Source of the DNA: an uncultured Rikenellaceae bacterium | Lineage (GTDB): Bacteria > Bacteroidota > Bacteroidia > Bacteroidales > VadinHA17 | NCBI GenBank assembly: GCA_964638955.1 | Contig: CAZWZQ010000006.1 | Span: 2,400 to 66,399, forward strand | Length of the DNA: 64,000 nt | Reading direction: 5' to 3' | Shown here: piece by piece, positions 43,486 through 54,692 of the stretch | Layout of the letters: every line of letters starts with the position of its first letter | Position numbering within the stretch: position 1 is the first letter of the stretch | Made by a program: the position numbers and the translations under genes | The notes under the pieces: model-generated | What the model was told of the DNA's origin: nothing | Seen by the model: the letters and a program-made list of their open reading frames with translations, nothing else | Database searches by the model: none

Positions 43486-45273
43486 TTACATTCTTTCAGG
43501 CATTTCAATTCCCAGCAACCACATGCCCGAGCTTAGTACTCTTGCTGTGACATCTGATAATGCAAGGCGCAGGTTCCTTACCGACTTATCCGGTTCTCCA
43601 AGAATTGAAAAATCGTGATAAAACTGGTTATATTCCTTTGCGAGATCGTAACAATAATTTGCTACAATTGCCGGGCTGTATGCTGCTGCCGCTTCAGATA
43701 CCGTTACTGCAAAGTTTCTAAGAACCTTCATAAGAACAAGCTCTTTGTCTCCAATTTTTAATAAATCGTGAAATTCAGGATCATATTTAATTCCCGTTTG
43801 ATCTGCCTTTCTGAAGACTGATTTTATTCTGGCAAACGTATACTGGATAAAGGGTCCTGTATTTCCGTTAAAATCAATCGATTCTGAAGGATTGAAAGTC
43901 ATGTTTTTCCTTGGGTCCACTTTCAGGATGTAATATTTGAGTGCACCCAGGCCTATCTTTCGGAAAATATCCTCCTTTTCCACGTCAGAATAATCTGAAA
44001 GTTTTCCAAGTTCGAGAGAGACCTCCCCGGCTGTTTCTTTCATCTCACTGATAAGATCATCAGCATCCACCACAGTTCCCTCGCGCGATTTCATTTTGCC
44101 CTCAGGAAGTTCGACCATTCCGTATGAAAAATGAATTAATCCTTCAGCCCATTTAAATCCAAACCTCTTAAGAACAGCCCGAAGCACCTGGAAATGATAG
44201 TTCTGCTCATTACCGACAACATAAATGCATTTGTTGAAACCATAATCTTCCTGTCTTATTACTGCCGTACCAATATCCTGGGTTATATAGACTGCAGTCC
44301 CGTCAGATCGCAACAGAAGTTTCTGGTCGAGGCCTTCAGTATTTAAATCTATCCATATCGAATTGTCCTCTTTTTTGATAAGAAAATCTTTCTCGAGAGC
44401 ATCAAATACTATATCACGGCCGGGCTGCCAGGTTTCTGACTCGTAATAAACTTTGTCAAAATCGACTCCCAATTCCCTGTAAGTCTCATCAAATCCCTCA
44501 TACACCCAGGAATTCATCATCTTCCACAACTCCATTATTTCACTATCTCCTTCTTCCCATTTAAGGAGCATTTCCCTTGCTTCCTTCATCGCAGGAGCAG
44601 AATTCCTTGCTTCATTCTCTCCAAATCCTTTCTTTATCAGGTCATCTACCTGTTTTTTATACTCTTTTTCAAACCGGACATAGTACTTACCGACAAGGTG
44701 ATCACCCTTCATTCCTGATGATTCAGGTGTTTCACCATTTCCGTATTTCTTCCATGCCAGCATCGACTTGCATATATGTATCCCTCTGTCATTGACAATA
44801 TTTGTTTTTATTGCCCTGTGTCCGCATGCTGAGAGGATGCGGTAAAGAGAAAAACCAAGCAGATTATTGCGAATATGACCCAGGTGAAGTGGTTTATTGG
44901 TATTTGGCGAAGAATATTCGATCAGGATTGTCTCCGGTCTGGTGATCTTACATTCAGTAAAGAGATCACTTTCAGAGACCATTTTGCGGAAATAGTCAAT
45001 CCACCATTGATCGGAGACCTCGAGATTAAGGAATCCCTTGATCACATTGTATCCTGTTATAGCCGGAAAAGTCTCTACAAGATACTTTCCGATTGTTTCA
45101 CCGGTCTTTTCGGGCGTATTCTTTGAATAACGCAGCAAAGGAAAGACAACGAGTGTAAAATCGCCTTTAAAATCTTTTCTCGTCTCCTGTACCTGGATCA
45201 GCTCATCACACGGATTACAATTATAAAGATTCCTGACAGTTTCTTTTATCTTTTCTGTAATAATTTGCTCCAT
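43486..45273 (-). CDS. argS: Arginine--tRNA ligase
   Basis: It has a HIGH-type motif SSPNTNKPLHLGHIRN and a DALR anticodon-binding C-terminus. I prefer the ATG at 45273 (MEQIITEKIK...) over the GTG at 45285. Confidence 0.95.
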   Translation of the reverse strand: MEQIITEKIKETVRNLYNCNPCDELIQVQETRKDFKGDFTLVVFPLLRYSKNTPEKTGETIGKYLVETFPAITGYNVIKGFLNLEVSDQWWIDYFRKMVSESDLFTECKITRPETILIEYSSPNTNKPLHLGHIRNNLLGFSLYRILSACGHRAIKTNIVNDRGIHICKSMLAWKKYGNGETPESSGMKGDHLVGKYYVRFEKEYKKQVDDLIKKGFGENEARNSAPAMKEAREMLLKWEEGDSEIMELWKMMNSWVYEGFDETYRELGVDFDKVYYESETWQPGRDIVFDALEKDFLIKKEDNSIWIDLNTEGLDQKLLLRSDGTAVYITQDIGTAVIRQEDYGFNKCIYVVGNEQNYHFQVLRAVLKRFGFKWAEGLIHFSYGMVELPEGKMKSREGTVVDADDLISEMKETAGEVSLELGKLSDYSDVEKEDIFRKIGLGALKYYILKVDPRKNMTFNPSESIDFNGNTGPFIQYTFARIKSVFRKADQTGIKYDPEFHDLLKIGDKELVLMKVLRNFAVTVSEAAAAYSPAIVANYCYDLAKEYNQFYHDFSILGEPDKSVRNLRLALSDVTARVLSSGMWLLGIEMPERM

Positions 45274-45518
45274 TCGTTCTTGCACAATTTCAGGCTGCTA
45301 AGATAGCATTTTAATAAATTGACATAAAACAAATTATATCCAAAACAGGTACTCCGGAACCTGATTATTATCATAAGTTTATGCAAACAGTCGAAATTAT
45401 TTGACTATTGGACAATAATTTTTGATGAAGAGTGTGTTAAGAGTGCAGGTATTATTAAAAGATGTGCTATTTTTATATCAAAATTCATAACTATTTAATT
45501 GTTAATATTCTTTTTAAG

Positions 45519-45974
45519 GTGGAACAAAAGAAGATATACGTTGAACCTACGAACAAAACACCCCAGATTGACCTTAATCATCTTACAGGAGAATTGATCC
45601 TGTCTGGCAGATCAATTCCTGAAAATGCTGCCGAACTATATGAAAATATCTTGCAGTGGGTTACACAATATGCAGTAAATCCCCGCCAAACAACCAATCT
45701 GAGACTTAATCTTGAATACTTCAATACAGCCTCATCCATCTGGCTGGCAAAAATAGTAAAGGTCCTTTGCTTAATTACGAAGCCCGAAGCAACACTTATT
45801 ATTCACCTTTATTTCCATATTGAGGAATTCGACAGTATGGATATTGAGGATCTTAAGGATGCTTTAAGTCCTATCATTGATATGATCGGTACTCCATCTG
45901 TAAGCCTGGGAATTAAAATATATGGAACAGATGAAAGCGGCGAAATTCTCAAGGAGTCAATGGTTCTGATATAA
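45519..45974 (+). CDS. DUF1987/SiaC-like protein
   Basis: From the GTG at 45519: VEQKKIYVEPTNKTPQIDLNHLTGELILSGRSIPENAAELYENILQWV...LNLEYFNTASS. This matches the DUF1987 pattern as I recall it. The track's ATG at 45462 adds an implausible MCYFYIKIHNY... leader. Confidence 0.6.
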   Translation: MEQKKIYVEPTNKTPQIDLNHLTGELILSGRSIPENAAELYENILQWVTQYAVNPRQTTNLRLNLEYFNTASSIWLAKIVKVLCLITKPEATLIIHLYFHIEEFDSMDIEDLKDALSPIIDMIGTPSVSLGIKIYGTDESGEILKESMVLI

Positions 45975-46019
45975 ACCGTTTTTTAAACTTAACCTTATTT
46001 TACATTTTTTCATTTTTTT

Positions 46020-46048
46020 GGCCTAACTTTATTAGGCCATTTTAATTT
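46020..46048 (+). terminator. Possible terminator after the DUF1987 gene
   Basis: A GGCCTA/TAGGCC stem (46020-46025 / 46033-46038) is followed by the T-rich ATTTTAATTT. The stem is short. Confidence 0.35.
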
Positions 46049-46054
46049 ATTATT

Positions 46055-47563
46055 ATGTACAGGGTATTAATTGTATTGTTATCAATTTTCAGTGTTATGG
46101 AAATCTATTCCCAGGGCAAATCAACTGACAGACAGCCGGTTGCAGCAGGCAGTTTTTATGAGGCCAACAGGGATATTCTTCTGAGGGATATAGCAGGCCA
46201 TTTTACAAATTGCATGAAATCACCGGAGAACTGGAAGGTGAGAGCGATTATAAGTCCTCATGCAGGATATGTATTCTCAGGAACAATAGCAGCCTCGGCC
46301 ATCTCAGCAATACCTGAAAATGCTGAGATAGAAAATATCTTCCTTATTGGTTCGAGCCATGTAATGGCATTCGATGGAGCATCGGTATATAATATCGGCG
46401 ACTTTATTACACCTCTTGGTAAGGCAGAGGTAAACAAGGATATTGCCAGTAAACTCAAAAATGAGAACAAGGTCTTTAATTTTCCTGTCACTGCACACCT
46501 CCGGGAGCACAGTCTGGAAGTTCAGATTCCCCTGTTACAATATTATTATAAGAAAATACCGAAAATAGTCCCAATAGTAATCGGCACAAACAATACAAAC
46601 ACAATCAAATTGATAGCCGAAGCTCTCAGACCATGGTTCACTTCTGACAATCTCTTCGTGATAAGCAGTGACTTCTCCCATTATCCCTCCTACAAAGATG
46701 CCATTGAAGTAGACAATAGAACTGCTGAGGGCATTGTATCAGGTGATCCAAAGGTATTTCTTAACGCTCTCAAAGAAAATTCAGCAAAGAATATTAACGG
46801 ATTGGCAACAAGCATGTGCGGATGGGCTTCGGGACTTATGCTTATGTATCTTGCTGAGAATGATACTAATCTTGAATTTAAAAGAATAGACTACTGTAAT
46901 TCAGGAGATACTCCTTACGGAGATAAAAACAGGGTTGTCGGGTATCATGCCATTGCTCTGATTGAAAAAGGACAAACCACAAAAATGAATGAAGAATCTT
47001 CAACAACTCTTTCGTTCAGCAGATCGGAAAAAGATCAGCTTTTTGCCATTGCCAGAAACAGCATCAAAACGATGTTATATGAGAAGAAAAGGATAACCAT
47101 TGATGAAAAGAAGATCCCCGAATCACTCAAAAAACAGCTGGGGGCATTCGTAACTTTGAAGATTGACGGCAGGCTGAGGGGTTGTATAGGAAGATTTCTA
47201 TCATCCGATCCTCTTTACGAGGTTGTAAAGGAATCAGCTTTATCTTCTGCCTTTGAGGATACACGGTTTCTTCCACTTACCAAAGAGGAATATGATAACA
47301 CTGATATGGAGATAACCATCCTGGGTCCGATGAAAAAAATCAATAATATCAATGAGATAATCCTGGGTAAACATGGAATTTATATAAAAAAGGGCTTTCG
47401 GTCAGGGACAATGCTGCCACAGGTCGCAATGGAAAATGGATGGACAGTTGAACAGTTCCTTGGTTATACATCGAGAGATAAAGCAGGTCTTGGGTGGGAT
47501 GGCTGGAAAGATGCCGAACTGTATATATATGAGGGTCTGGTGCTTGAAGAAAACAAAAAATAA
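46055..47563 (+). CDS. Fusion of AmmeMemoRadiSam system protein B (MEMO-like) and protein A (AMMECR1-like), with an N-terminal signal-like segment
   Basis: 502 aa. MEMO motifs: ISPHAGYVFSG, IGSSH, EHSLEVQIPLL, SSDFSHY, CGW. AMMECR1 motifs: GAFVTLKIDGRLRGCIGRF, DTRFLPL, GKHGIYI, MLPQV. N-terminus: MYRVLIVLLSIFSVMEIYSQ. Confidence 0.88.
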   Translation: MYRVLIVLLSIFSVMEIYSQGKSTDRQPVAAGSFYEANRDILLRDIAGHFTNCMKSPENWKVRAIISPHAGYVFSGTIAASAISAIPENAEIENIFLIGSSHVMAFDGASVYNIGDFITPLGKAEVNKDIASKLKNENKVFNFPVTAHLREHSLEVQIPLLQYYYKKIPKIVPIVIGTNNTNTIKLIAEALRPWFTSDNLFVISSDFSHYPSYKDAIEVDNRTAEGIVSGDPKVFLNALKENSAKNINGLATSMCGWASGLMLMYLAENDTNLEFKRIDYCNSGDTPYGDKNRVVGYHAIALIEKGQTTKMNEESSTTLSFSRSEKDQLFAIARNSIKTMLYEKKRITIDEKKIPESLKKQLGAFVTLKIDGRLRGCIGRFLSSDPLYEVVKESALSSAFEDTRFLPLTKEEYDNTDMEITILGPMKKINNINEIILGKHGIYIKKGFRSGTMLPQVAMENGWTVEQFLGYTSRDKAGLGWDGWKDAELYIYEGLVLEENKK

Positions 47564-47565
47564 TT

Positions 47566-49989
47566 ATGTATCATGTTGTCGGAACAGGTATCGCTGTTTC
47601 TGTTTTATACTTAATAAGTTTTATTTTTTACCGTATTGGCCTTTTTTCCCAGGCCCGTCACAGGAAAATATGGAATACCATCCTTGCCGTAACATTTCTT
47701 ATTACAGCACTGGCAGGATTGTTTCTGGCCCTTCAAATCAATTATAAATGGGATTTACCTGTAGTAAAATCTGTCCTTAAATGGCATGTTGAGACAGGAG
47801 CCGGATTTGCAATTACAGGGGTATTCCACCTCATCTGGCATCTTAGCTATTTCACAAGGTTATTTAAAAGAACAGAAGAGCCCCGTAAGTTTAAAAGCCT
47901 GTTAAAGATGAGCTCTTCAGATATCGCTATTAACCTGTTTGTCATCGGGTTTACAAGTATGTCCATTCAGATACTGCTCATTCGGGAAATTATGAATATT
48001 TCCGGAGGTTATGAACTGACAGCAGGTACATTTCTTGCCTCATGGCTTATTACCTCTGCAATTGGAGCTGCAACCGCTGGCAGCTCATCATTGAATGATA
48101 TCCGAAAGATCAATCTGGTATTTTCAATAAGCCCCATAATATCATTAATATTGTTTTTCCTGCTGTCCAGGCTTTTTCTTCAGCCCGGAGAGACCCCGTC
48201 ATTCCTGGTAAGCATGATCTTCACTTTCCTGGTACTTATCCCATTCTGTCTTGTATCAGGTTTCACCTTTGTGAAACTCTTAGCTGCCGCAAAGTCGACA
48301 AATGATTTTATTCCCGGAAAATCTTACTCAATTGAAACAATCGGTAGCATCGCAGCCGGTTTGATAATATCGGTCCTCACAGCAGGTTTGTTAAACACAT
48401 ACAAGCTTCTCTTCACAATCATATTGATATCGATAACTTACACCATACTGACATTCTATATTAAAGACAGAAATAAGAAAATCATTGTAAAATTATCGGT
48501 AGCACTGGTAGCAGCCTTTATAATAATAGCTGATCCGGATATCTTTTTCAGGCAGCTCCTTTTACCCGGTATTAAAGTAACAGAAACCAGGGAAACTCCT
48601 TATGGGAGCATAACCTACGGAGAGTATGGAGGTGAAAGGAGTATTTATTACAATCAACGTCTGCTTACATATATCGACGATGTTACTGAAAGAGAGGAAA
48701 ATATACATTATGCGCTACTCCAGAAGAAAAACCCGGAAAAAGTGCTCCTTATCTCCGGTTCCTTGAAATCACACCTGCCAGAGGTACTTAAGTATCCAGT
48801 GAAAAAGGTTATTTTTATTGAAAGAGACCCTGAACTTATAAAAGCTGAAACAGAAAAGGCTGATCCCGGCAATACAGAACTCATAATTGAAAACAAGGAT
48901 GCATTCAAATATATAAAAGGAAAGGAAGATAAACTTGATGCGGTCCTGCTTCTGGTGCCGCCTCCTTCCACTCTCTCGCTTAACAGGTACTATACAAGTG
49001 AATTTTTTAATGATGTAAAGGAGAGACTGGTTCCTGATGGTGTTTTCATGTGTTCACCCGGAATCTGGGATAACTACCCCAACAAAGAGTCAATAACCTT
49101 GTTTTCATCTATTTATAACAGCCTTAACGGAGTGTTCTCTTATGTCAAGCCGGTTGTGGGTAACAAGCTTTATTACATTGCATCTGACAATGAATTATCG
49201 GCTTCGATATGCAGACTTACAGAATTAAGAAGTATCGAAAATATATATGTCGGATCCGATTTCCTCTCTGACGACCTGATTGAGAAAAAAACTTCCGAGG
49301 TCATTTCTCTTCTTGATAAGGAGGTAAGAGAAAACAGGGCAGTATTTCCGATAGCCAGCTTTCACTTTCAGTCGTATTTTTTAAGTAAGAACCTTAACGA
49401 GAAAATACCTGCAATCATAATTATGATTCTTGTATTCGCATTACCGGTACTGTCAATTCGCAGACGCAATCTCATGATGTATTTTGGTGCAGCAGGTCTT
49501 GCCGGATTTGAAATAATAGTATTACTGTCATTACAGATTACTGCCGGGAACATGTATCAGATAACAGGAATTATACTGGCTCTTTTTATGGCCGGACTGG
49601 CAGCCGGATCAGGCATAAATCTCAAATTCCTGAATCGTATACCGCTTAAGATCAAAGCTTTGATCCTTGTTACCTGGTATACCGGAATTGCTCTGATTAT
49701 TAACTATTTGTTATCCTTCACCAGCATTCCGGCAGCAATTTCTATTATTATGTTTTCAGTTCTTCCTCCCTCATTCATGACCGGACATATTTTCAGGGAA
49801 CTGACTTTCAGTGACAGTGATGGTTCAGCATCTGCCATAACCTATGGTGCTGATCTTGCAGGCTCGGCATTCGGATTCATAATTGTTTCAGGTATGGCTG
49901 TACCTGTTCTTGGTATAAAAACCTCAATATTTTTATTATCAGGTCTGATTTTTGCTGGGATTCTTCTTGGAACAAACAGGAATAAATAG
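47566..49989 (+). CDS. Polytopic membrane protein with a central spermidine-synthase-like domain (fused MFS/SpeE-like architecture), with degenerate motifs
   Basis: 807 aa. It has about 10 N-terminal TM helices, then a soluble domain (VLLISGSLKSHLPEVLKYPVKKVIFIERDPELI; DAVLLLVPPPSTLSLNRYYTSEFF...LVPDGVF), then about 5 C-terminal TM helices. It starts 2 nt after the previous stop. Confidence 0.75.
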   Translation: MYHVVGTGIAVSVLYLISFIFYRIGLFSQARHRKIWNTILAVTFLITALAGLFLALQINYKWDLPVVKSVLKWHVETGAGFAITGVFHLIWHLSYFTRLFKRTEEPRKFKSLLKMSSSDIAINLFVIGFTSMSIQILLIREIMNISGGYELTAGTFLASWLITSAIGAATAGSSSLNDIRKINLVFSISPIISLILFFLLSRLFLQPGETPSFLVSMIFTFLVLIPFCLVSGFTFVKLLAAAKSTNDFIPGKSYSIETIGSIAAGLIISVLTAGLLNTYKLLFTIILISITYTILTFYIKDRNKKIIVKLSVALVAAFIIIADPDIFFRQLLLPGIKVTETRETPYGSITYGEYGGERSIYYNQRLLTYIDDVTEREENIHYALLQKKNPEKVLLISGSLKSHLPEVLKYPVKKVIFIERDPELIKAETEKADPGNTELIIENKDAFKYIKGKEDKLDAVLLLVPPPSTLSLNRYYTSEFFNDVKERLVPDGVFMCSPGIWDNYPNKESITLFSSIYNSLNGVFSYVKPVVGNKLYYIASDNELSASICRLTELRSIENIYVGSDFLSDDLIEKKTSEVISLLDKEVRENRAVFPIASFHFQSYFLSKNLNEKIPAIIIMILVFALPVLSIRRRNLMMYFGAAGLAGFEIIVLLSLQITAGNMYQITGIILALFMAGLAAGSGINLKFLNRIPLKIKALILVTWYTGIALIINYLLSFTSIPAAISIIMFSVLPPSFMTGHIFRELTFSDSDGSASAITYGADLAGSAFGFIIVSGMAVPVLGIKTSIFLLSGLIFAGILLGTNRNK

Positions 49990-50018
49990 TAGTTTTATTC
50001 TTTGTGCCGGTTGAAAAA

Positions 50019-51155
50019 ATGACAGATAAAAATTTCGATATCAGCAAACGTGATTTTGTGAAGAAATGCCTCGCATTATCAGCAGGTGTGGTCGCAATGC
50101 CATGCCACGGAGTTATGAGCTGTATGATCCCGGAGGAGCAGGAGCTTTACAGGAAGGTTGCCATGTTCCAGGAAGAGACGCCAAGAGGGATAATGTGCCG
50201 GATCTGTCCAAATGAATGTGTACTTAAAGAGGGTGAGGTAAGTGACTGCAGAAACAGGATAGTACGCAAGTCAAAGTTATATACCATGGCATATGGCAAT
50301 CCATGCTCCGCTAATGTCGACCCTATCGAAAAAAAACCACTGTATCATTTCTTGCCGGGATCAAGGGCATTTTCAATAGCCACAGCAGGCTGCAATCTTG
50401 TTTGTCTTAACTGCCAGAACTGGGCTATTTCACAAACCAGCCCTGACAAAACAAGAAACTTTAACCTGCCTCCTGAAAGAGTTGTGGAAGAGAGTATAAG
50501 GAACAATTGCCTCTCTATTGCATATACCTATTCTGAACCTGTTACTTTTTACGAATATACCTACGAAACAGCTGTTATTGCAAAAAAATCGGGCATAAAG
50601 AATGTCTTTAAATCAAATGGATATATAAATCCTGAACCGCTGAAAAAGCTTTGCACCGTCCTGGATGCAGCCAATATTGACCTGAAATCATTCAATAACA
50701 ATACATATCTGAAGCTAACCGGAGGTAAACTTCAACCTGTGCTCGATGCATTAAAGATATACAAGGAGATGGGAGTCTGGCTTGAAATAACTAACCTCAT
50801 TGTGCCAAAATGGACTGATAATACTGATGAAATAGGCTTAATGTGTAAATGGCTCGGTGAAAACGGATTTAAAGATACTCCCCTGCATTTCAGCAGGTTT
50901 TATCCCACTTACAAACTTGAACAATTACCTCCGACACCTGTTGAACTGTTAAAGACCGCATACAGAATTGCTACCGGTGAAGGATTACAATATGTCTATA
51001 TCGGTAATGTTCCCGGTAATGAAATGGCTGATACAAAATGTCCCAACTGCGGTACAACTGTTATTGCCAGACAGGGTTACACGATAACAGCAAACAAAAT
51101 TAAGGATGGCAGATGTACCAAATGCAATACAATAATTGAGGGTGTCTGGAGCTGA
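50019..51155 (+). CDS. AmmeMemoRadiSam system radical SAM enzyme
   Basis: It has the radical SAM cluster motif CNLVCLNC (CX3CX2C), an N-terminal CRICPNEC...C, and a C-terminal zinc-ribbon-like CPNCG...CTKC. The N-terminus ISKRDFVKKCLALSAGVVAM is Tat-like. I prefer the ATG at 50019 over the GTG at 50004. Confidence 0.88.
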   Translation: MTDKNFDISKRDFVKKCLALSAGVVAMPCHGVMSCMIPEEQELYRKVAMFQEETPRGIMCRICPNECVLKEGEVSDCRNRIVRKSKLYTMAYGNPCSANVDPIEKKPLYHFLPGSRAFSIATAGCNLVCLNCQNWAISQTSPDKTRNFNLPPERVVEESIRNNCLSIAYTYSEPVTFYEYTYETAVIAKKSGIKNVFKSNGYINPEPLKKLCTVLDAANIDLKSFNNNTYLKLTGGKLQPVLDALKIYKEMGVWLEITNLIVPKWTDNTDEIGLMCKWLGENGFKDTPLHFSRFYPTYKLEQLPPTPVELLKTAYRIATGEGLQYVYIGNVPGNEMADTKCPNCGTTVIARQGYTITANKIKDGRCTKCNTIIEGVWS

Positions 51156-53180
<2,025 letters not shown>

Positions 53181-53223
53181 TCTTACACTGTTTACATTAA
53201 CAAAAAACTGTTAGGTTTGCATT

Positions 53224-53805
53224 ATGGAACTCTTCAGGGAAATCAGGCTGAAAATCGGAAATTCTATCCTTTCAAAAAAGACCGGAAAGGTCATAAGAAA
53301 AGTATACTACTCAAATATCAGCCGGATAAAGAATATAGGAATAATATGGGATGCATCAAAACCTGAAGATTTCGTGAATCTTTCAGAATTTCACCAGAGC
53401 ATGAATGATAGGAATATCAATGTGTCCATTCTTGGATACTACCCGGGAAAAGAACTTCCGGATAAATATACAGCATTAAGATACCTTTCGTGTATTCGCA
53501 GAAAAGAGATAAGTTTTTTCTATATCCCTGTGTCGGAAGAGTCTGATTCTTTCACCAATACGATGTTTGACATACTTATCGATATCAATTTCGAAAAGTT
53601 ATTTCCTTTATCGTACATATCAGCCCTGTCTAAAGCCAGTTTTAAAGTAGGTCTTTTCGATCCGGAAACAAACAGTAATACTTTCGACCTGATGATTGAA
53701 TTAAAGAAACCTGTCTCTGTCAAGGATTACCTTACTCACGTTGTTCATTATCTTGAAATGATAAATTCAGGGTCATCTATTGAAATTAACAAAACCCAGA
53801 TATGA
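53224..53805 (+). CDS. Hypothetical protein
   Basis: 193 aa with no motif I recognise. It overlaps the dapA start by 4 nt (ATGA), which suggests translational coupling. Confidence 0.6.
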   Translation: MELFREIRLKIGNSILSKKTGKVIRKVYYSNISRIKNIGIIWDASKPEDFVNLSEFHQSMNDRNINVSILGYYPGKELPDKYTALRYLSCIRRKEISFFYIPVSEESDSFTNTMFDILIDINFEKLFPLSYISALSKASFKVGLFDPETNSNTFDLMIELKKPVSVKDYLTHVVHYLEMINSGSSIEINKTQI

Positions 53806-54680
53806 AAAAATTTAGAGGCACAGGTGTAGCCATCGTAACACCTTTCAAGAATGACTCAAGTATTGATTTCACTGCCATGGGCCGCGTTATCAATCATGTT
53901 ATCGAAGGAGGAGTCAATTACATTGTCGCTATGGGTACTACCGGCGAGGCTTCAACTCTTAGCAGGGATGAAAGACAGGCTCTGATATCTTATATTGTTG
54001 AAGCAGTTGATAACCGTATACCGGTTGTTGCGGGAATAGGTGGCAACAATACCCAGGAAATCATTAACACAATAAGAGAGCTGAATCTGGAAGGAGTTGA
54101 TGGCATATTATCTGTTGCCCCGTATTATAATAAGCCGAACCAAAAGGGGATTTTTCAGCATTTTAAAGCCATTGCAACCTGCAGTCCGCTGCCTGTAATC
54201 ATTTACAACATTCCAGGAAGGACATGCAGCAACATCAGTTCCGACACATGTATTGAACTTGCTCATACATGTGAAAATATTGTTGCCGTAAAAGAAGCTT
54301 CGGGCGATCTGGCTCACATAATGAGGTTAATAAAAGGGAAACCGGAAAATTTCCTTGTAATCTCAGGCGATGACATGCTTACTCTGCCAATAATAGCAGC
54401 CGGAGGAGCCGGAGTTATTTCAGTACTTGCAAATGCTTACCCCGCACAGTGCAGTGAACTGGTAAATAACCTGCTGAAAAACAATTTTAAAGCTGCCCGT
54501 GAAATACAGTTACATTTCCTGGAGATAATCGAACTATTATTTACCGATGGAAATCCAGCCGGGATAAAGGCATTTTTAAGTATTATGAACCTGTGTGACA
54601 ACAATTTAAGATTGCCTCTGGTCCCGGTAAACCGTACGGTTTTTTTAAAGATCCAAAAAGTAATTGAAGATGTCGGATAG
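53802..54680 (+). CDS. dapA: 4-hydroxy-tetrahydrodipicolinate synthase
   Basis: 292 aa. Motifs: GTGVAIVTPF, MGTTGEASTL, YNIPGRT, VAVKEASGD (Schiff-base Lys). Confidence 0.96.
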   Translation: MKKFRGTGVAIVTPFKNDSSIDFTAMGRVINHVIEGGVNYIVAMGTTGEASTLSRDERQALISYIVEAVDNRIPVVAGIGGNNTQEIINTIRELNLEGVDGILSVAPYYNKPNQKGIFQHFKAIATCSPLPVIIYNIPGRTCSNISSDTCIELAHTCENIVAVKEASGDLAHIMRLIKGKPENFLVISGDDMLTLPIIAAGGAGVISVLANAYPAQCSELVNNLLKNNFKAAREIQLHFLEIIELLFTDGNPAGIKAFLSIMNLCDNNLRLPLVPVNRTVFLKIQKVIEDVG

Positions 54681-54692
54681 ATCCGGTTACTA

